Source of the DNA: a virus
Taxonomy: Duplodnaviria > Caudoviricetes
Length of the DNA: 64,000 bases
Direction: 5' to 3' (one strand)
IMG/VR virus record: IMGVR_UViG_2877705454_000002
Coordinates: 3,933-67,932 of that record
Shown here: positions 35,846 to 46,539 of the stretch, piece after piece
Layout of the letters: every line of letters starts with the position of its first letter
Numbering within the stretch: the first letter of the stretch is position 1
Program-made: the position numbers and the translations under genes
The notes under the pieces: model-generated
Told to the model about the DNA's origin: nothing
Databases searched by the model: none
The model's input: only the letters and a program-made list of their open reading frames with translations

Positions 35846-38800
35846 ATGGCCGGGGCGTTTCGCATCGCCGAGGGGTTCGTCGAGGTCACAGCCGACGAGT
35901 CGGGCTACGACCGTGCGATGGCCCGGCTGAAGTCGAAGAAGAACACCGTCAAGCTTGGCGTGGACCTCGACGACAAGGCGGCCCGAACCAAGCTGGCCGC
36001 CCTGGTCAAGCCGCTCACTGTGAAGCTCACGGCCGACCTCGACGACAAAGCCGTCTCGACTTCGCTGCGCAACCTGGCCAAGGCCCGCCACGTCAAGCTC
36101 ACCGCCCAACTGGACGACAAGGCCGCCGCCAGCGGACTGGCCAAGCTGACCCGCGACCGCACGGTCAAGCTCACCGCCCAGTTCGACGACACCACAGCCA
36201 AGACCAAACTCGCCCGCCTCTCCGGCACCCAGACCGTCTCCGTCGCACCCGAAATCCAGCAGGCCGCCTACAACCGCGCAAAGAAGCTCCTCGACCGTCT
36301 CACCGCCGACCGTGTCGTCAACATTCGCGCCACCGCCGACACCCGCGTCGCAGCCGACGAGATCCGCAATCTCACACAGCGCCGCCGCGTCCGCATCGGT
36401 GTCGACGTCGACACCCGCGTTGCAGCCGACGACATCGCCAACCTGACCCGGCGCCGGCAGATGACCGTGCAAGCCCGCGCCGACACCACAGCCGCCACCA
36501 ACTCGCTGCGGTTCCTCACCCGCGACCGCACCGTCACCGTCCGCGCCCGCATGCTCGGCAGCCTCGCCGGACTTGCCGGGCTCGGCACCAACGCCAGCAA
36601 CGCGGCCGGTGGTGTCGGCATGCTCGGTGGGCGGTTCGCGCAGCTCGCGGCGGCCGCTCTGCTGGCGTTGCCCTCGGTGGCGTCGCTGGGGTCGGCGATC
36701 GTGCAGATGGGGCCTGCCGTGGCGGTGGCGGTGCCCGCGCTGGGCTCCCTGCTCACCATGGGCGCTGCCCTCGCTGTTGGGTTGCGGGGGGTTGGCGGGG
36801 CGTTCAAGGCGGCGTCGCAGGCCAGTGCGCAGGGGTCTGCTGGGGCGTCGTCCGCGGCGAACGCTTTGGCGTCCGCGCATCTGGCTGTGGCCCGGTCCGC
36901 TCGGGCGTTGCGGGAGGCGCAGCAGGACGCGGCGCGGCAGATCAGCGACGCGCAGCGCAGGGTGAAGGACGCCGCCGAGGATGTGCGGGATGCCGAGGTG
37001 CGGGCCGCCGCTGACCGACAGGCCGCACTCCGCCGGGTCGCGGACGCCGAACGTGATCTGACCGATGCGGTCAAGGACGCCAAGCGGGCGCAGGAGGATC
37101 TCACCGACGCCCGTAAGGAAGCCGCCGACCAGCTCGAAGACTTGGACTCGCGGCTCGCGAACGCGGAGCTGGACCAGAAACAGAACGTGTTCGATCTCCA
37201 GGATGCGGAGAAGGAACTCGCTGCGGTCAAGGCGAAGGGCGCGGCAGCGTCGGCGGACGATGTCGCCCGCGCGCAGCTCGCCTACGACAAGGCCGTCCAG
37301 CGGCTGAAGGACCAGCAGACCGAAACCCAGCGGCTCCGCGAAGAGGCCGCGGCCGCCAACGCGGCAGGGGTGGAGGGCTCGGAGACCGTCGTCGCCGCGC
37401 AGGAGAGGGTTGCGGGCGCTCAGCGCAAGGTCGCGGATCAGGCCAGGGATGTGGCGGACGCGCAGGCTGCTGCGGCGCAGACGGCGAAGGAGGGCGCCGA
37501 CTCGGTCCGTGACGCGCAGGACCGCCTCGCCCAGGCGCAGCAGGGTGTGGCCGACGCGCAGGTCGCGGCATCCAGGCAGGTGCGTTCGGCTCAGGAGTCC
37601 CTCGCCGACGCCCAGCGGGCGGTCACCGCAGCCCAGGAACGGGGCGCGTCCGCCACCAACACCTACGCCGACGCGATGGCCCGCCTCTCCCCGAACGCGC
37701 GCGCCTTCGTCACCGCCGTGCGCGACATGGGGCCCGCGTTCTCCGCCCTGCGCATGGACGTCCAGGACCGCCTCTTCCGGGGCTTGGGCGATTCGTTCAC
37801 CCGCATGGCCACCGCGTCGCTGCCCGCGCTGCGGTCGGGGCTGGTCGGCATGGCCGGGGTGCTGAACAACATGGGCCGCGGCCTCATGGACACGTTCACA
37901 CGGCTCGCCGACGAGGGCCTGCTGAAGCGGATGTTCGACGGCTTCACGAAGAGCATGAAGCCCCTGGAGAAGGTGCCGGGCCAGTTCGGCGAGATGTTCG
38001 TGAAGCTGGGTATCGCGGCGCAGCCGGCGTTGACGCGGATCACGACGGCGATGGGGTCGGGGGTTTCCCGGTTCACGGAGCAGCTCGGCCAGGCGTTCGA
38101 GTCGGGCGCGCTGGAAGAGAAAATCAACGGCGCGGTGGAGATCGCGAAGCAGTTCGGGAAGCTGCTCGGCGATGTTTTCGGCACCCTCAGCAACATCATG
38201 AAGGCCGCGTCGGCCGGCGGCGGGGACGCGCTGGGCGCGCTCGGAGCCGTGTTCGCTGAGCTGCGGCGGGTCACGGCGATGCCTGAGGTGCAGAAGGCGC
38301 TGACGAGCATCTTCCAGGCTGTCAACGCGATCGCCAAGCTGCTGGCCGGCACTCTGGGGGCGGTGATCGAGGCGGCGTTGCCGCTGCTGGCCGCTCTCGC
38401 CCCGGTGGTGACCGAGCTTGCGACGAAGTTCGGGCCTGTCCTGGCTGATCTGGCGGCCGAGTTGGGCAAGGCTCTGATGCCGATCATCGTTGCGCTGCTG
38501 CCCGTGGTTCAGGAGCTGGGCGGGATCCTGGTTGATCTGGTCGGTGCGGTGGTGCCGCTGTTGCAGCCGATCGGGGATCTCCTTGCTGTCGTGATCAAGG
38601 CGTTGGCGCCGGTGCTGCCGGTGATCGGCGATGTGCTGATCATGCTGGTAGGGGCGCTGGTGACGGGGTTGAAGCCGGTGATCACGGCGTTGATTCCTGC
38701 GGTTGGCGTGTTTGGTGAGCTGATCGGGCAGTTGGCGCCGATGCTGCTGCCGCTGTATGAGGCGGTGATGCCGCTGATTCCGGTGCTGGGTGAGATGGCG

Positions 38801-40663
38801 GCGACGTTGATCACGCTGGCTTTGCGGGTGATCGCTCCGTTGCTGCCGTTGATTGTCGGGCTGGCGGGGCTCATGTCCGGGCTGCTGGCGGGTGCGATCG
38901 GCGCGATCGTCCCGAAGATCATCACAGTGGTGGGCTGGTTCCAGAAGTTCGCCGACAAGGCCACCGAGGTTGTCGGGTGGATCGTGGAGAAGTTCCAGTG
39001 GCTGTACGACGTCCTCGTCGGTCATTCGATCGTCCCCGACCTGGTCAACGGGATCCTCGGCTGGTTCGGCACGCTGTGGACGAAGACGAAGGAGCTGTTC
39101 ACCAGCCTGAAGAACTGGCTGATCACCACCTGGAACGGCATCTGGACCGGCGCGCGCACGAAGTGGGACAGCTTCTGGACGGGCCTGCGGACGGCGATCA
39201 CCAACGCGTGGACGAGCGTCAAGACCAAGTTCGGTGAGCTGAAGACCAGCCTGACCAACACGTGGAACGGACTGTGGAACGGCATCAGCACAAAGATCAG
39301 CTCGATCTTCACCACCATCAACACCAAGATCGCAAACTTCAAGACCGGCATGAAGACCGCCTTCTCCAACCTCAAGACCGAACTCGGCACCATCTGGGAC
39401 GGCGTCAAGTCGAAGATCTCCAGCCCCGTCAAATGGGTCATCGACAAGGTCTACATGCAAGGCATCCGCAAAATGTGGAACGCCGTCGCAGGCAGCGTCT
39501 CCTCCAAACTCACCCTCCCCGCCATCAGCCTCGGCTTCAACAAGGGCGGCGTCGTCCCCGGCACCGGCAACCGCGACACCGTCCCCGCCATGCTCACCCC
39601 CGGCGAACGCATCCTCTCCACCCAGCAGGTCGCCCAACTCGGCGGCCACCGGAGCATTGACGCCATGCTCGGCCGCGACCGCCCCACGAAGACAGGCGGC
39701 AACCCCTCCCGGCAGGAAGAGCGGCAGCGCTACCAGGGGCCGGTGCAGCACTTCGACAAGGGCGGCATCGTCGGCTCCGTCACCTCGGCGATCGGCGGCG
39801 CCATCTCCTCCGCCACCTCCTGGGCCAAGGACCTGGTCGTCGGCGGCCTCAAAGCCGCAGCGCAGAAGGCGATCGCCTCCCTGGTCAAGCCGCTCATCGG
39901 CTCGATTCCCGCAGGGGGGATGGGGTCGCTGATGAAGGGCATGTCCAACAAGGCCCTCGATTCCATGCTGTCCTTCCTCGGTAACGAGGACAAGAAGGCC
40001 GTCGGCGGGCCCGCCGTGCAGAAGGCCCTGTCGTGGGCGCGGACCCAGAACGGGCTGCCCTACCAGTGGGGCGGCAACGGGAACCCCTCCTGGGACTGTA
40101 GTGGTCTGACCTCCGCGGTCGAGTCCGTGATCCGCGGCGAGCGCCCACACCGCCGGTGGGCAACCGGCTCGTTCGTCGGGAGCAGCGGCCCGTCCGGCTG
40201 GGTGCGGAACCTCAAGAGCCCGTACATGATCGGCATCACCAACGCCGGCGTCGGCCACACGGCGGGCACCATCGGCGGCGTCAACATCGAGTCCCGCGGC
40301 GGGGACGGCGTGGTCATCGGCTCCCGCGCCCGCGGCTACAACGACCGCCTGTTCACCTCCCAGTGGGGCTTCGCGCCAGTCGCGAAGTACGACTCGGGCG
40401 GCCTGCTTGCTGATGGGGCGACGATGGTCGTCAAGCAGACTCGGAAGCCGGAACGAGTCCTCGACCCGCGGCAGACCGAGCTGTTCGAGCAGCTCGTCAC
40501 CGGTGGCGGGACGGCCGGCAGCGTGACGGTTGAGCGCCTCGAAGTGTGCGTGAACGGGACGTTCGACTTCTCCAGCCCGGCCGAACGCAAGCGGGTCGCG
40601 GTCGCCCTCGCAGACGACGTGAAGGAAGCCCTCCGCAAGCTTGAGAACTCCAGGAAGCGGTGA
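35846..40663 (+). CDS. Tape measure protein with C-terminal NlpC/P60-like domain
   Basis: 1605 aa, Ala-rich coiled coils, Trp-periodic repeats, PYQWGG...WDCSG...GHT. Confidence 0.93.
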   Translation: MAGAFRIAEGFVEVTADESGYDRAMARLKSKKNTVKLGVDLDDKAARTKLAALVKPLTVKLTADLDDKAVSTSLRNLAKARHVKLTAQLDDKAAASGLAKLTRDRTVKLTAQFDDTTAKTKLARLSGTQTVSVAPEIQQAAYNRAKKLLDRLTADRVVNIRATADTRVAADEIRNLTQRRRVRIGVDVDTRVAADDIANLTRRRQMTVQARADTTAATNSLRFLTRDRTVTVRARMLGSLAGLAGLGTNASNAAGGVGMLGGRFAQLAAAALLALPSVASLGSAIVQMGPAVAVAVPALGSLLTMGAALAVGLRGVGGAFKAASQASAQGSAGASSAANALASAHLAVARSARALREAQQDAARQISDAQRRVKDAAEDVRDAEVRAAADRQAALRRVADAERDLTDAVKDAKRAQEDLTDARKEAADQLEDLDSRLANAELDQKQNVFDLQDAEKELAAVKAKGAAASADDVARAQLAYDKAVQRLKDQQTETQRLREEAAAANAAGVEGSETVVAAQERVAGAQRKVADQARDVADAQAAAAQTAKEGADSVRDAQDRLAQAQQGVADAQVAASRQVRSAQESLADAQRAVTAAQERGASATNTYADAMARLSPNARAFVTAVRDMGPAFSALRMDVQDRLFRGLGDSFTRMATASLPALRSGLVGMAGVLNNMGRGLMDTFTRLADEGLLKRMFDGFTKSMKPLEKVPGQFGEMFVKLGIAAQPALTRITTAMGSGVSRFTEQLGQAFESGALEEKINGAVEIAKQFGKLLGDVFGTLSNIMKAASAGGGDALGALGAVFAELRRVTAMPEVQKALTSIFQAVNAIAKLLAGTLGAVIEAALPLLAALAPVVTELATKFGPVLADLAAELGKALMPIIVALLPVVQELGGILVDLVGAVVPLLQPIGDLLAVVIKALAPVLPVIGDVLIMLVGALVTGLKPVITALIPAVGVFGELIGQLAPMLLPLYEAVMPLIPVLGEMAATLITLALRVIAPLLPLIVGLAGLMSGLLAGAIGAIVPKIITVVGWFQKFADKATEVVGWIVEKFQWLYDVLVGHSIVPDLVNGILGWFGTLWTKTKELFTSLKNWLITTWNGIWTGARTKWDSFWTGLRTAITNAWTSVKTKFGELKTSLTNTWNGLWNGISTKISSIFTTINTKIANFKTGMKTAFSNLKTELGTIWDGVKSKISSPVKWVIDKVYMQGIRKMWNAVAGSVSSKLTLPAISLGFNKGGVVPGTGNRDTVPAMLTPGERILSTQQVAQLGGHRSIDAMLGRDRPTKTGGNPSRQEERQRYQGPVQHFDKGGIVGSVTSAIGGAISSATSWAKDLVVGGLKAAAQKAIASLVKPLIGSIPAGGMGSLMKGMSNKALDSMLSFLGNEDKKAVGGPAVQKALSWARTQNGLPYQWGGNGNPSWDCSGLTSAVESVIRGERPHRRWATGSFVGSSGPSGWVRNLKSPYMIGITNAGVGHTAGTIGGVNIESRGGDGVVIGSRARGYNDRLFTSQWGFAPVAKYDSGGLLADGATMVVKQTRKPERVLDPRQTELFEQLVTGGGTAGSVTVERLEVCVNGTFDFSSPAERKRVAVALADDVKEALRKLENSRKR

Positions 40664-40665
40664 CC

Positions 40666-41883
40666 ATGGCCTACGACTGGGGCAGTATCCAGCTCTCCCG
40701 CACCCTGCTGCGAGAGGTCTTCACCGCGGCAGAGAAAGGCGCAGGCAGCCGCGGCCTGGACCTGTCCGGGCAGGAGTCCATGCCACCCCTCACCCGGCTC
40801 CAACTGGTCGGCGCCCACGACAACATCAACGCCCTCGAAACACAGTCCCCGATCCCGGTCACCTTCACCGACAAGCCCGAGCGGAACGGCTACTACCAGG
40901 TGACGTCCTGCCAGTCCACGATCACCGAGTATCGCGGCGAGGTGCTGACCGCGGACTGGCAGATCGGCCTCGACCGCCTCGGCACCGCGGGCGAAGTCGA
41001 CCTCCAGTCGAGACTGACCGGCGTGGTGCGTCTCAACGACTTCGGGCTGTCCGGGGAACGCTGGCATGCCCCACCCATCGGCCACTACGGCTACTACACC
41101 GGCAACTCCAACCCCACCACGATGACCCGCACCACCGCGGAAGGGGTCATGACCGTCTACCGCAGCGTGCCCGCCGCCGCAGTACCGCGCTGGGGATGCG
41201 CACCCACCGACTACCTCAAGGGCCGCGCCCGAATCACCGACACCACCACCCCCGCCGCGCCCATCGAACTGGAAGGCATCGAGCGCGCGGTCCCCGCCAG
41301 CGCGTGGGCGCTGTCGAACGGGCTGGTGAACGTGACACCGGGCGCGTCCGGCACGCTCGATGTGCAGGCGTACACCGGTGGGGCCTGGCACTCCAAGGAG
41401 TGGAATGTCTCCGTGGCGGGCTCCGGGGCGTCAATCACCTCGTGGGACTCGGCATCCCTGCTCCGCAACGACCCCGAGCAGGTGATCGTCCGGCTGACGA
41501 AGAGCCAGTCCCCGGGCCGCGCCACGCTGGATCTGTCGCTGCGCCGCGGATCCCGGTTCGTGGAGGGCTATCTCCAGACCGGCACCAGCGCCACCCTCGC
41601 CGCCTACCGCTCCACGCTGGAGACCAACACGTCGTTCGCAGCGTCCGGGTACGTGACCGCCACAGGCAACGACGGCGACGGCAACCGCTTCGCCTGCGGC
41701 TCCGCCCGCACCTTCACCGCCCACGCCAACGGAGGCGTCATCAAATCCAGCACGACGGCCCTCGACTTCTGGATCGGTGTGGCGGCCGGCGGCGGCTCTG
41801 CAGTCTCAGGAGACGCGGCAACAGACCTACGGAACATGTACGTCGCCTGTCTGCCAGAGGCGACGTATGCGGTGAGGCGGTGA
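40666..41883 (+). CDS. Minor tail protein (distal tail-like)
   Basis: Position after the tape measure gene. Confidence 0.75.
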   Translation: MAYDWGSIQLSRTLLREVFTAAEKGAGSRGLDLSGQESMPPLTRLQLVGAHDNINALETQSPIPVTFTDKPERNGYYQVTSCQSTITEYRGEVLTADWQIGLDRLGTAGEVDLQSRLTGVVRLNDFGLSGERWHAPPIGHYGYYTGNSNPTTMTRTTAEGVMTVYRSVPAAAVPRWGCAPTDYLKGRARITDTTTPAAPIELEGIERAVPASAWALSNGLVNVTPGASGTLDVQAYTGGAWHSKEWNVSVAGSGASITSWDSASLLRNDPEQVIVRLTKSQSPGRATLDLSLRRGSRFVEGYLQTGTSATLAAYRSTLETNTSFAASGYVTATGNDGDGNRFACGSARTFTAHANGGVIKSSTTALDFWIGVAAGGGSAVSGDAATDLRNMYVACLPEATYAVRR

Positions 41884-41887
41884 TCCG

Positions 41888-44746
41888 GTGACGGTCCAGG
41901 AGTCCCTCAACGCGCTCGGCCAGTGGGAGATCGACCTGCTGCCGACGATCCCCCGCGAAACCCTCGACGCCCTCGCCTACTTCGGACACATTGCGATCAT
42001 CCGCGGCCGCGTCGACCCGGTCCAGGCGGGGGACAACCTGCTATCCGCGGCCCGATACGTCGGCGTGCTCCGCGGGAACTCGCTGGCGGACGACGCACGC
42101 ACGAAGATCCCCAACGACAACGTCAAGATCAGCGGCGTCGGCATGGCGATGTGGCTCGGCGACGAGGACGGCAAGGGCTCCGTCTACGAGAACGCTGTGG
42201 TGGCCGCCTCCGCCACCTTCGCCGACACCATCCGCATGCTCCTCCCCGCATCCGGCGCCGTCACCGAAGGAACCCTCCACCCCGTCGCAGGCCAGTACAC
42301 CGGTACCCACCAGTGGCAGTCACCACGGGACGCCATCCAGTACGTGTGCCAGACCATGTCCACCACCTCGGTCCCGGTGTCGTGGCGGGTCAACGGCGAC
42401 GGCACCCTCGACGCCGGCCCCGAGGCAGATCTGTTCGTGACGACGCCCACGTGCACCGTCGTCGCCCGTGGTGCCGGCCACGACATGGCGATGCGCGGGG
42501 TTCCTGGCAGTCTGGATCTCACGGGGGATGTGGAGGACTACACCACCCGCGTGGTGCTGCTGGCCGAGGGCGAGGGCGCCAGCATCGCGACCGGGTCGGC
42601 GGACATTTCCCCGGCGACCTCGTACAAGGACATTCATGGCAATGCTGTGGAGCTGACGCGGCTTGTCAGTGAGTCGGACACGGTCACGGCGAACGCGTCG
42701 GTGCGGGCGCAGTTGGCGTTGTCGCAGTTCGTGGCGCCGAAGCAGGATCTGCGGCTGAACATTCAGGACTATGACGTCGAGGGGCATTTCGCGCTCGGCG
42801 ACTACGTGTACGCCTACGACCCCGACAAGGGGCTCGTTGACACGAACGTGGAGATCACGTTCCGGGGGCAGCGTCTCAACCCGATCAAGCTACAGGTCAC
42901 GGAGATCAGTTGGGGTGTGACCGACGAGTACACGGTCGCCTACCGGACCGCGGACGGCGTGTGGCTGGACCTGACGGACCATATCGAGACGTCGGATGCT
43001 GGCACGTATGTGACGGTCGGCGGGTTCGACCGGGCGCTGTCGTCCACGGGTGAGCCGGTGGGGTCCCGGCCGAATGCGGACACGAGCGTGCCGGGTGTGC
43101 CGACGCTGATCGAGCCGTTCACGGGGACCGCCTATCTCGACTCGCGGGGGTTCACGCGGGCGCGGGTGGTGGTGTCGTGGAACGCGCCGAACAACGTGGA
43201 CGGCTCGACGGTGTTGGACGGGTCGCACTACGAGATCCGGTATGCGGTCGACGCAGACATGATCTATCCGGCGACGTGGTCGCAGGTGTCGCAGGTCCGC
43301 TGGTCGGACATGCAGATCTGGGCGCAGCCGTTCGCCGCTCCGGACGGCCAGTGGCAGTCGATGGTCGTCAACTGGGACACGAACGTTGCGCAGTTGCAGG
43401 ATCTGTCGCCGGGGGTCGGGTACGACATTCAGATCCGGGCTGTCGACAAGACAGGCAATGTTGGATCGTGGTCGGGCACGACAACTTTTGTTGCGTCCGA
43501 GGACAATCTGCCGCCGTCGACACCGGCCGCTCCGTCGGTGGCGGGGTCGCGGATCGCAGTGCAGGTGACGCACGAGCTGGGCAAGTCGTCGGGCGGCACG
43601 TTCAACCTGGAATCCGACCTCGACCACCTCGAAGTCCATGTCTCCTACGAGCCGACGTTCACCCCGGACGCGACGACTCTGGTGGGGAAGACCGCGGCGA
43701 ACGCGGGCATGATCCAGGCGCAGATCCCGGTCGTGTTCACCGCGCAGGTGGAGGAGACATCGGCCCGCTATGTGCGGGTCATCGCAGTCGACAAGACGGG
43801 CAACAAGTCAGGCCCGTCGGATGCCGCGTCGGCAACGGCGCTACTGATCGACGACGCGCACATCTCCGACCTCACCGTGTCCAAGGTGACGGCAGGAACG
43901 ATCTCCGCGTCGTGGGTGATGGCAGGAGAGATCAAAACCGCAGACACGGGAGCGCGCGCCCGGATCTCCGGCAGCGGATACGAGCTGTACAACAGCGCCG
44001 GAACCCGAACCTTCTTCGCCGACGCGACCGATGGCAGCGTGAACATTGTCGGCCAGCTCGTGTCGGGAACAATCGGGAAACGAATTGAGATCAGTCCCAC
44101 CGCAGCCTATCTACCCGAAATCCGGTTCTACGCGAACGACGGAACCGAGTACGCGGCAATGAATGCCTACGACGCGGGTGGCGAAATCGGCACTGGTGTT
44201 TTTAGCAGCACCTACTCCTACTCCGGAACCGACGTCCACTCACGCATCCTGATCACAGACCGCGGGGCGATCATCCATGTCGTCCGCAGCAGCGACCAGC
44301 AGACCCGCGGCGGGTACGCGTGGGCCGCACCGGAGGCCCTTTACGGTGGTTACAGCAAGGACGCCACCGGAGGTGGCTACCTTTATGCAGACGCCACGAA
44401 CGGTAGATTCGGATGGAACCCCAGCGATTCCACTAACGGAAACTTCCTAAATTTTTCGTCCGGCAAGACATATCACATCGGCCGCTGGGAAAACTTCTCC
44501 GTTCCTGCATCCAACCAGGGAATCTGGACGGGGTCGGTCACTTTCACCAGCGTCGCTTCTGCATCTTTCACCTATGGGCCGACGATGGACACCTCCATGG
44601 TCCCCATCGTCACCCTACGCGCCTCCAACTTCGGCACCGCCACCCCAACTGTATGGGGTGTGCAATCCATCTCCACCACCGGATTCACAGTCGCCTGGAA
44701 CAACACGCAAAGCATGAACGTCAACTTCTGGATCTACCGAGTATAG
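41888..44746 (+). CDS. Tail tip/host-specificity protein with fibronectin III-like domains
   Basis: 952 aa; YDIQIRAVDKTGN and VRVIAVDKTGN FN3-like motifs; beta-rich C-terminus. Confidence 0.8.
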   Translation: MTVQESLNALGQWEIDLLPTIPRETLDALAYFGHIAIIRGRVDPVQAGDNLLSAARYVGVLRGNSLADDARTKIPNDNVKISGVGMAMWLGDEDGKGSVYENAVVAASATFADTIRMLLPASGAVTEGTLHPVAGQYTGTHQWQSPRDAIQYVCQTMSTTSVPVSWRVNGDGTLDAGPEADLFVTTPTCTVVARGAGHDMAMRGVPGSLDLTGDVEDYTTRVVLLAEGEGASIATGSADISPATSYKDIHGNAVELTRLVSESDTVTANASVRAQLALSQFVAPKQDLRLNIQDYDVEGHFALGDYVYAYDPDKGLVDTNVEITFRGQRLNPIKLQVTEISWGVTDEYTVAYRTADGVWLDLTDHIETSDAGTYVTVGGFDRALSSTGEPVGSRPNADTSVPGVPTLIEPFTGTAYLDSRGFTRARVVVSWNAPNNVDGSTVLDGSHYEIRYAVDADMIYPATWSQVSQVRWSDMQIWAQPFAAPDGQWQSMVVNWDTNVAQLQDLSPGVGYDIQIRAVDKTGNVGSWSGTTTFVASEDNLPPSTPAAPSVAGSRIAVQVTHELGKSSGGTFNLESDLDHLEVHVSYEPTFTPDATTLVGKTAANAGMIQAQIPVVFTAQVEETSARYVRVIAVDKTGNKSGPSDAASATALLIDDAHISDLTVSKVTAGTISASWVMAGEIKTADTGARARISGSGYELYNSAGTRTFFADATDGSVNIVGQLVSGTIGKRIEISPTAAYLPEIRFYANDGTEYAAMNAYDAGGEIGTGVFSSTYSYSGTDVHSRILITDRGAIIHVVRSSDQQTRGGYAWAAPEALYGGYSKDATGGGYLYADATNGRFGWNPSDSTNGNFLNFSSGKTYHIGRWENFSVPASNQGIWTGSVTFTSVASASFTYGPTMDTSMVPIVTLRASNFGTATPTVWGVQSISTTGFTVAWNNTQSMNVNFWIYRV

Positions 44747-44756
44747 GAGACACGCC

Positions 44757-45260
44757 ATGGCCGAAAAATGGACCGTGCAAAACACACGGCAAAGGCAGAT
44801 CTCCGGAACACCCGCATGGGAAATCACCCTGACGCGCGGCGACGGCAAGCCACACGTCCACACAATGCCCACCACCGCCCTCGAATGGCGTGCAGCCGAA
44901 TACGGCATCGACCCCACCGACACCGACGCCCTCATCGAAATCCTCCTCCACGAACCCTTCATGGAACTCGCCGAGGACGAGGACGGACAGCAGCCAAAGT
45001 GGGCAGACGGCAGCATCGACCTCCTCACCGCCGAAAACACGACCATCGCCCGCGAGGCACACCTCGACCGCGTCAAGAACAGCCGCGTCCGCATCGACGT
45101 CCGAGACGCCGCCGGACTCGCCCCCATCCGCGCCACACACCAACCCGACCCCGACCGCATCCGCGCCATGCGCGAAGCCGTCGACACCACCCGCTGGCTG
45201 ACCAAATACGGGGACCTCCCCGCCCGACCGCTCGACCCCCTGGAGGCCCGCCGTGCCTGA
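44757..45260 (+). CDS. Tail-associated hypothetical protein
   Basis: AGGAG RBS. Confidence 0.7.
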   Translation: MAEKWTVQNTRQRQISGTPAWEITLTRGDGKPHVHTMPTTALEWRAAEYGIDPTDTDALIEILLHEPFMELAEDEDGQQPKWADGSIDLLTAENTTIAREAHLDRVKNSRVRIDVRDAAGLAPIRATHQPDPDRIRAMREAVDTTRWLTKYGDLPARPLDPLEARRA

Positions 45261-46293
45261 CACCCCCACCACCCGCCTCAGCCTGTACAAGAGCGCCTCC
45301 GACGGCTCCGAGAACGTCGACTACAGCCAGGACATCGGCCAGAACCTCGACAAGCTCGACGCCGCCGTCGGCTTCCAAGCCTGCACCTCGTCCACCCGGC
45401 CGTCCTCGCCCTACAGCGGCAAACCGATCATGGAGACGGACACCTCCTACCGGACGTACTTCTCCAACGGCAGCTTGCCCGCCAGCGCGTCCTGGGTGCA
45501 GATCCCCAACAGCGGCTCAACGTTCAACGCCGACCTCGACCTCACCACCGGCAAACAACTCAACATCGGCAACAGCAGCAGCAACGCCAGCCTCGCCGTC
45601 CTCGCCACCGCCACCACCGACGACGTCATCTCCACCCGCATCACCGGCGACACCCAATCCCGCTACCTCGTCGAAGCCGACGGCGCCACCTACTGGGGCA
45701 CCGGAACCACAGCAGCCGACACCACCCTCACCCGAACAGGCGTCGGCCGCCTCGCCCTCACCGGAACCAACGCCGCCCTCACCATCGGATCCGCCACCCT
45801 CCGCCCCACCCTCTCCACCGCCACCACACTCGCCAACTCCACCACCCAAACCGCCATCGCCACCTACACCATCCCCGCCGGCGACGCCGTGGCCGGCGCC
45901 GTCTACCGCATCCGAGCATGGGGAACCCTAGGTGTGACGGGTACGCCGACGATGACGTTCGTATGTAAGCTCGGCGGCGCCGCCGGAACCACCATGGTCA
46001 CCTTTCCCGCGGTGACCGTCCGCTCGGGCGCAACCGACGGCTACTGGGACCTCGACTTCTACCTCGCCTGCGCCACCACAGGCGGATCCGGCACATGGGC
46101 CCCGATGGCGAAGTACACCCACAACTTCCTCACCAACGCGACCACCTACACGGCGATCGGACCGATCACGGCAGCGCCCGTCACTCGCGACACCACCACC
46201 GCCAACGACATGGTCCTCTGCGCCACATGGTCCGCCGCCTCGGCATCCAACACCATCACCTGCCGCGGTGTGGCCGGGCAGCGCATCGCCTGA
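45253..46293 (+). CDS. Minor tail/fibre protein
   Basis: TTRLSLYK...NLDKLD N-terminus, Thr/Ser/Gly-rich. Confidence 0.72.
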   Translation: MPDTPTTRLSLYKSASDGSENVDYSQDIGQNLDKLDAAVGFQACTSSTRPSSPYSGKPIMETDTSYRTYFSNGSLPASASWVQIPNSGSTFNADLDLTTGKQLNIGNSSSNASLAVLATATTDDVISTRITGDTQSRYLVEADGATYWGTGTTAADTTLTRTGVGRLALTGTNAALTIGSATLRPTLSTATTLANSTTQTAIATYTIPAGDAVAGAVYRIRAWGTLGVTGTPTMTFVCKLGGAAGTTMVTFPAVTVRSGATDGYWDLDFYLACATTGGSGTWAPMAKYTHNFLTNATTYTAIGPITAAPVTRDTTTANDMVLCATWSAASASNTITCRGVAGQRIA

Positions 46294-46311
46294 ACCGTGC
46301 GACGGGCCTTG

Positions 46312-46539
46312 CTAGCCGCGCTCCTCGTCCGGGTATGGCGGCACCGCTGCCAGGTCCGGGCCGCCAGACACGGGCTCGCTGGCGGCCTGCTGGAGGCGGG
46401 CGTTCTCCTCCTGCGCCGCAGCGAGCTGCCGTTCGAGGATGTCGACCTGCGCGCGCAGGACGAGGTTCCTCTCGAACAGTTCGCGGCACTCCTTCTGGAA
46501 CGTCGGGAACGCGTCCTCGACACTGATCTGCTGGCCCAT
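46312..46539 (-). CDS. Small coiled-coil protein
   Basis: Last gene of the minus-strand operon. Confidence 0.65.
   Translation of the reverse strand: MGQQISVEDAFPTFQKECRELFERNLVLRAQVDILERQLAAAQEENARLQQAASEPVSGGPDLAAVPPYPDEERG

Noticed and set aside
35940-36550. Repeats at the start of the tape measure gene
   Set aside because: Protein-level repeats (VKLTA.LDD, ADTRVAAD) of the kind common in tape measure proteins
35384-40258. 1624-aa minus-strand ORF and many other long overlapping ORFs
   Set aside because: Antisense or alternate-frame shadows of real genes in high-GC DNA; no recognisable motifs
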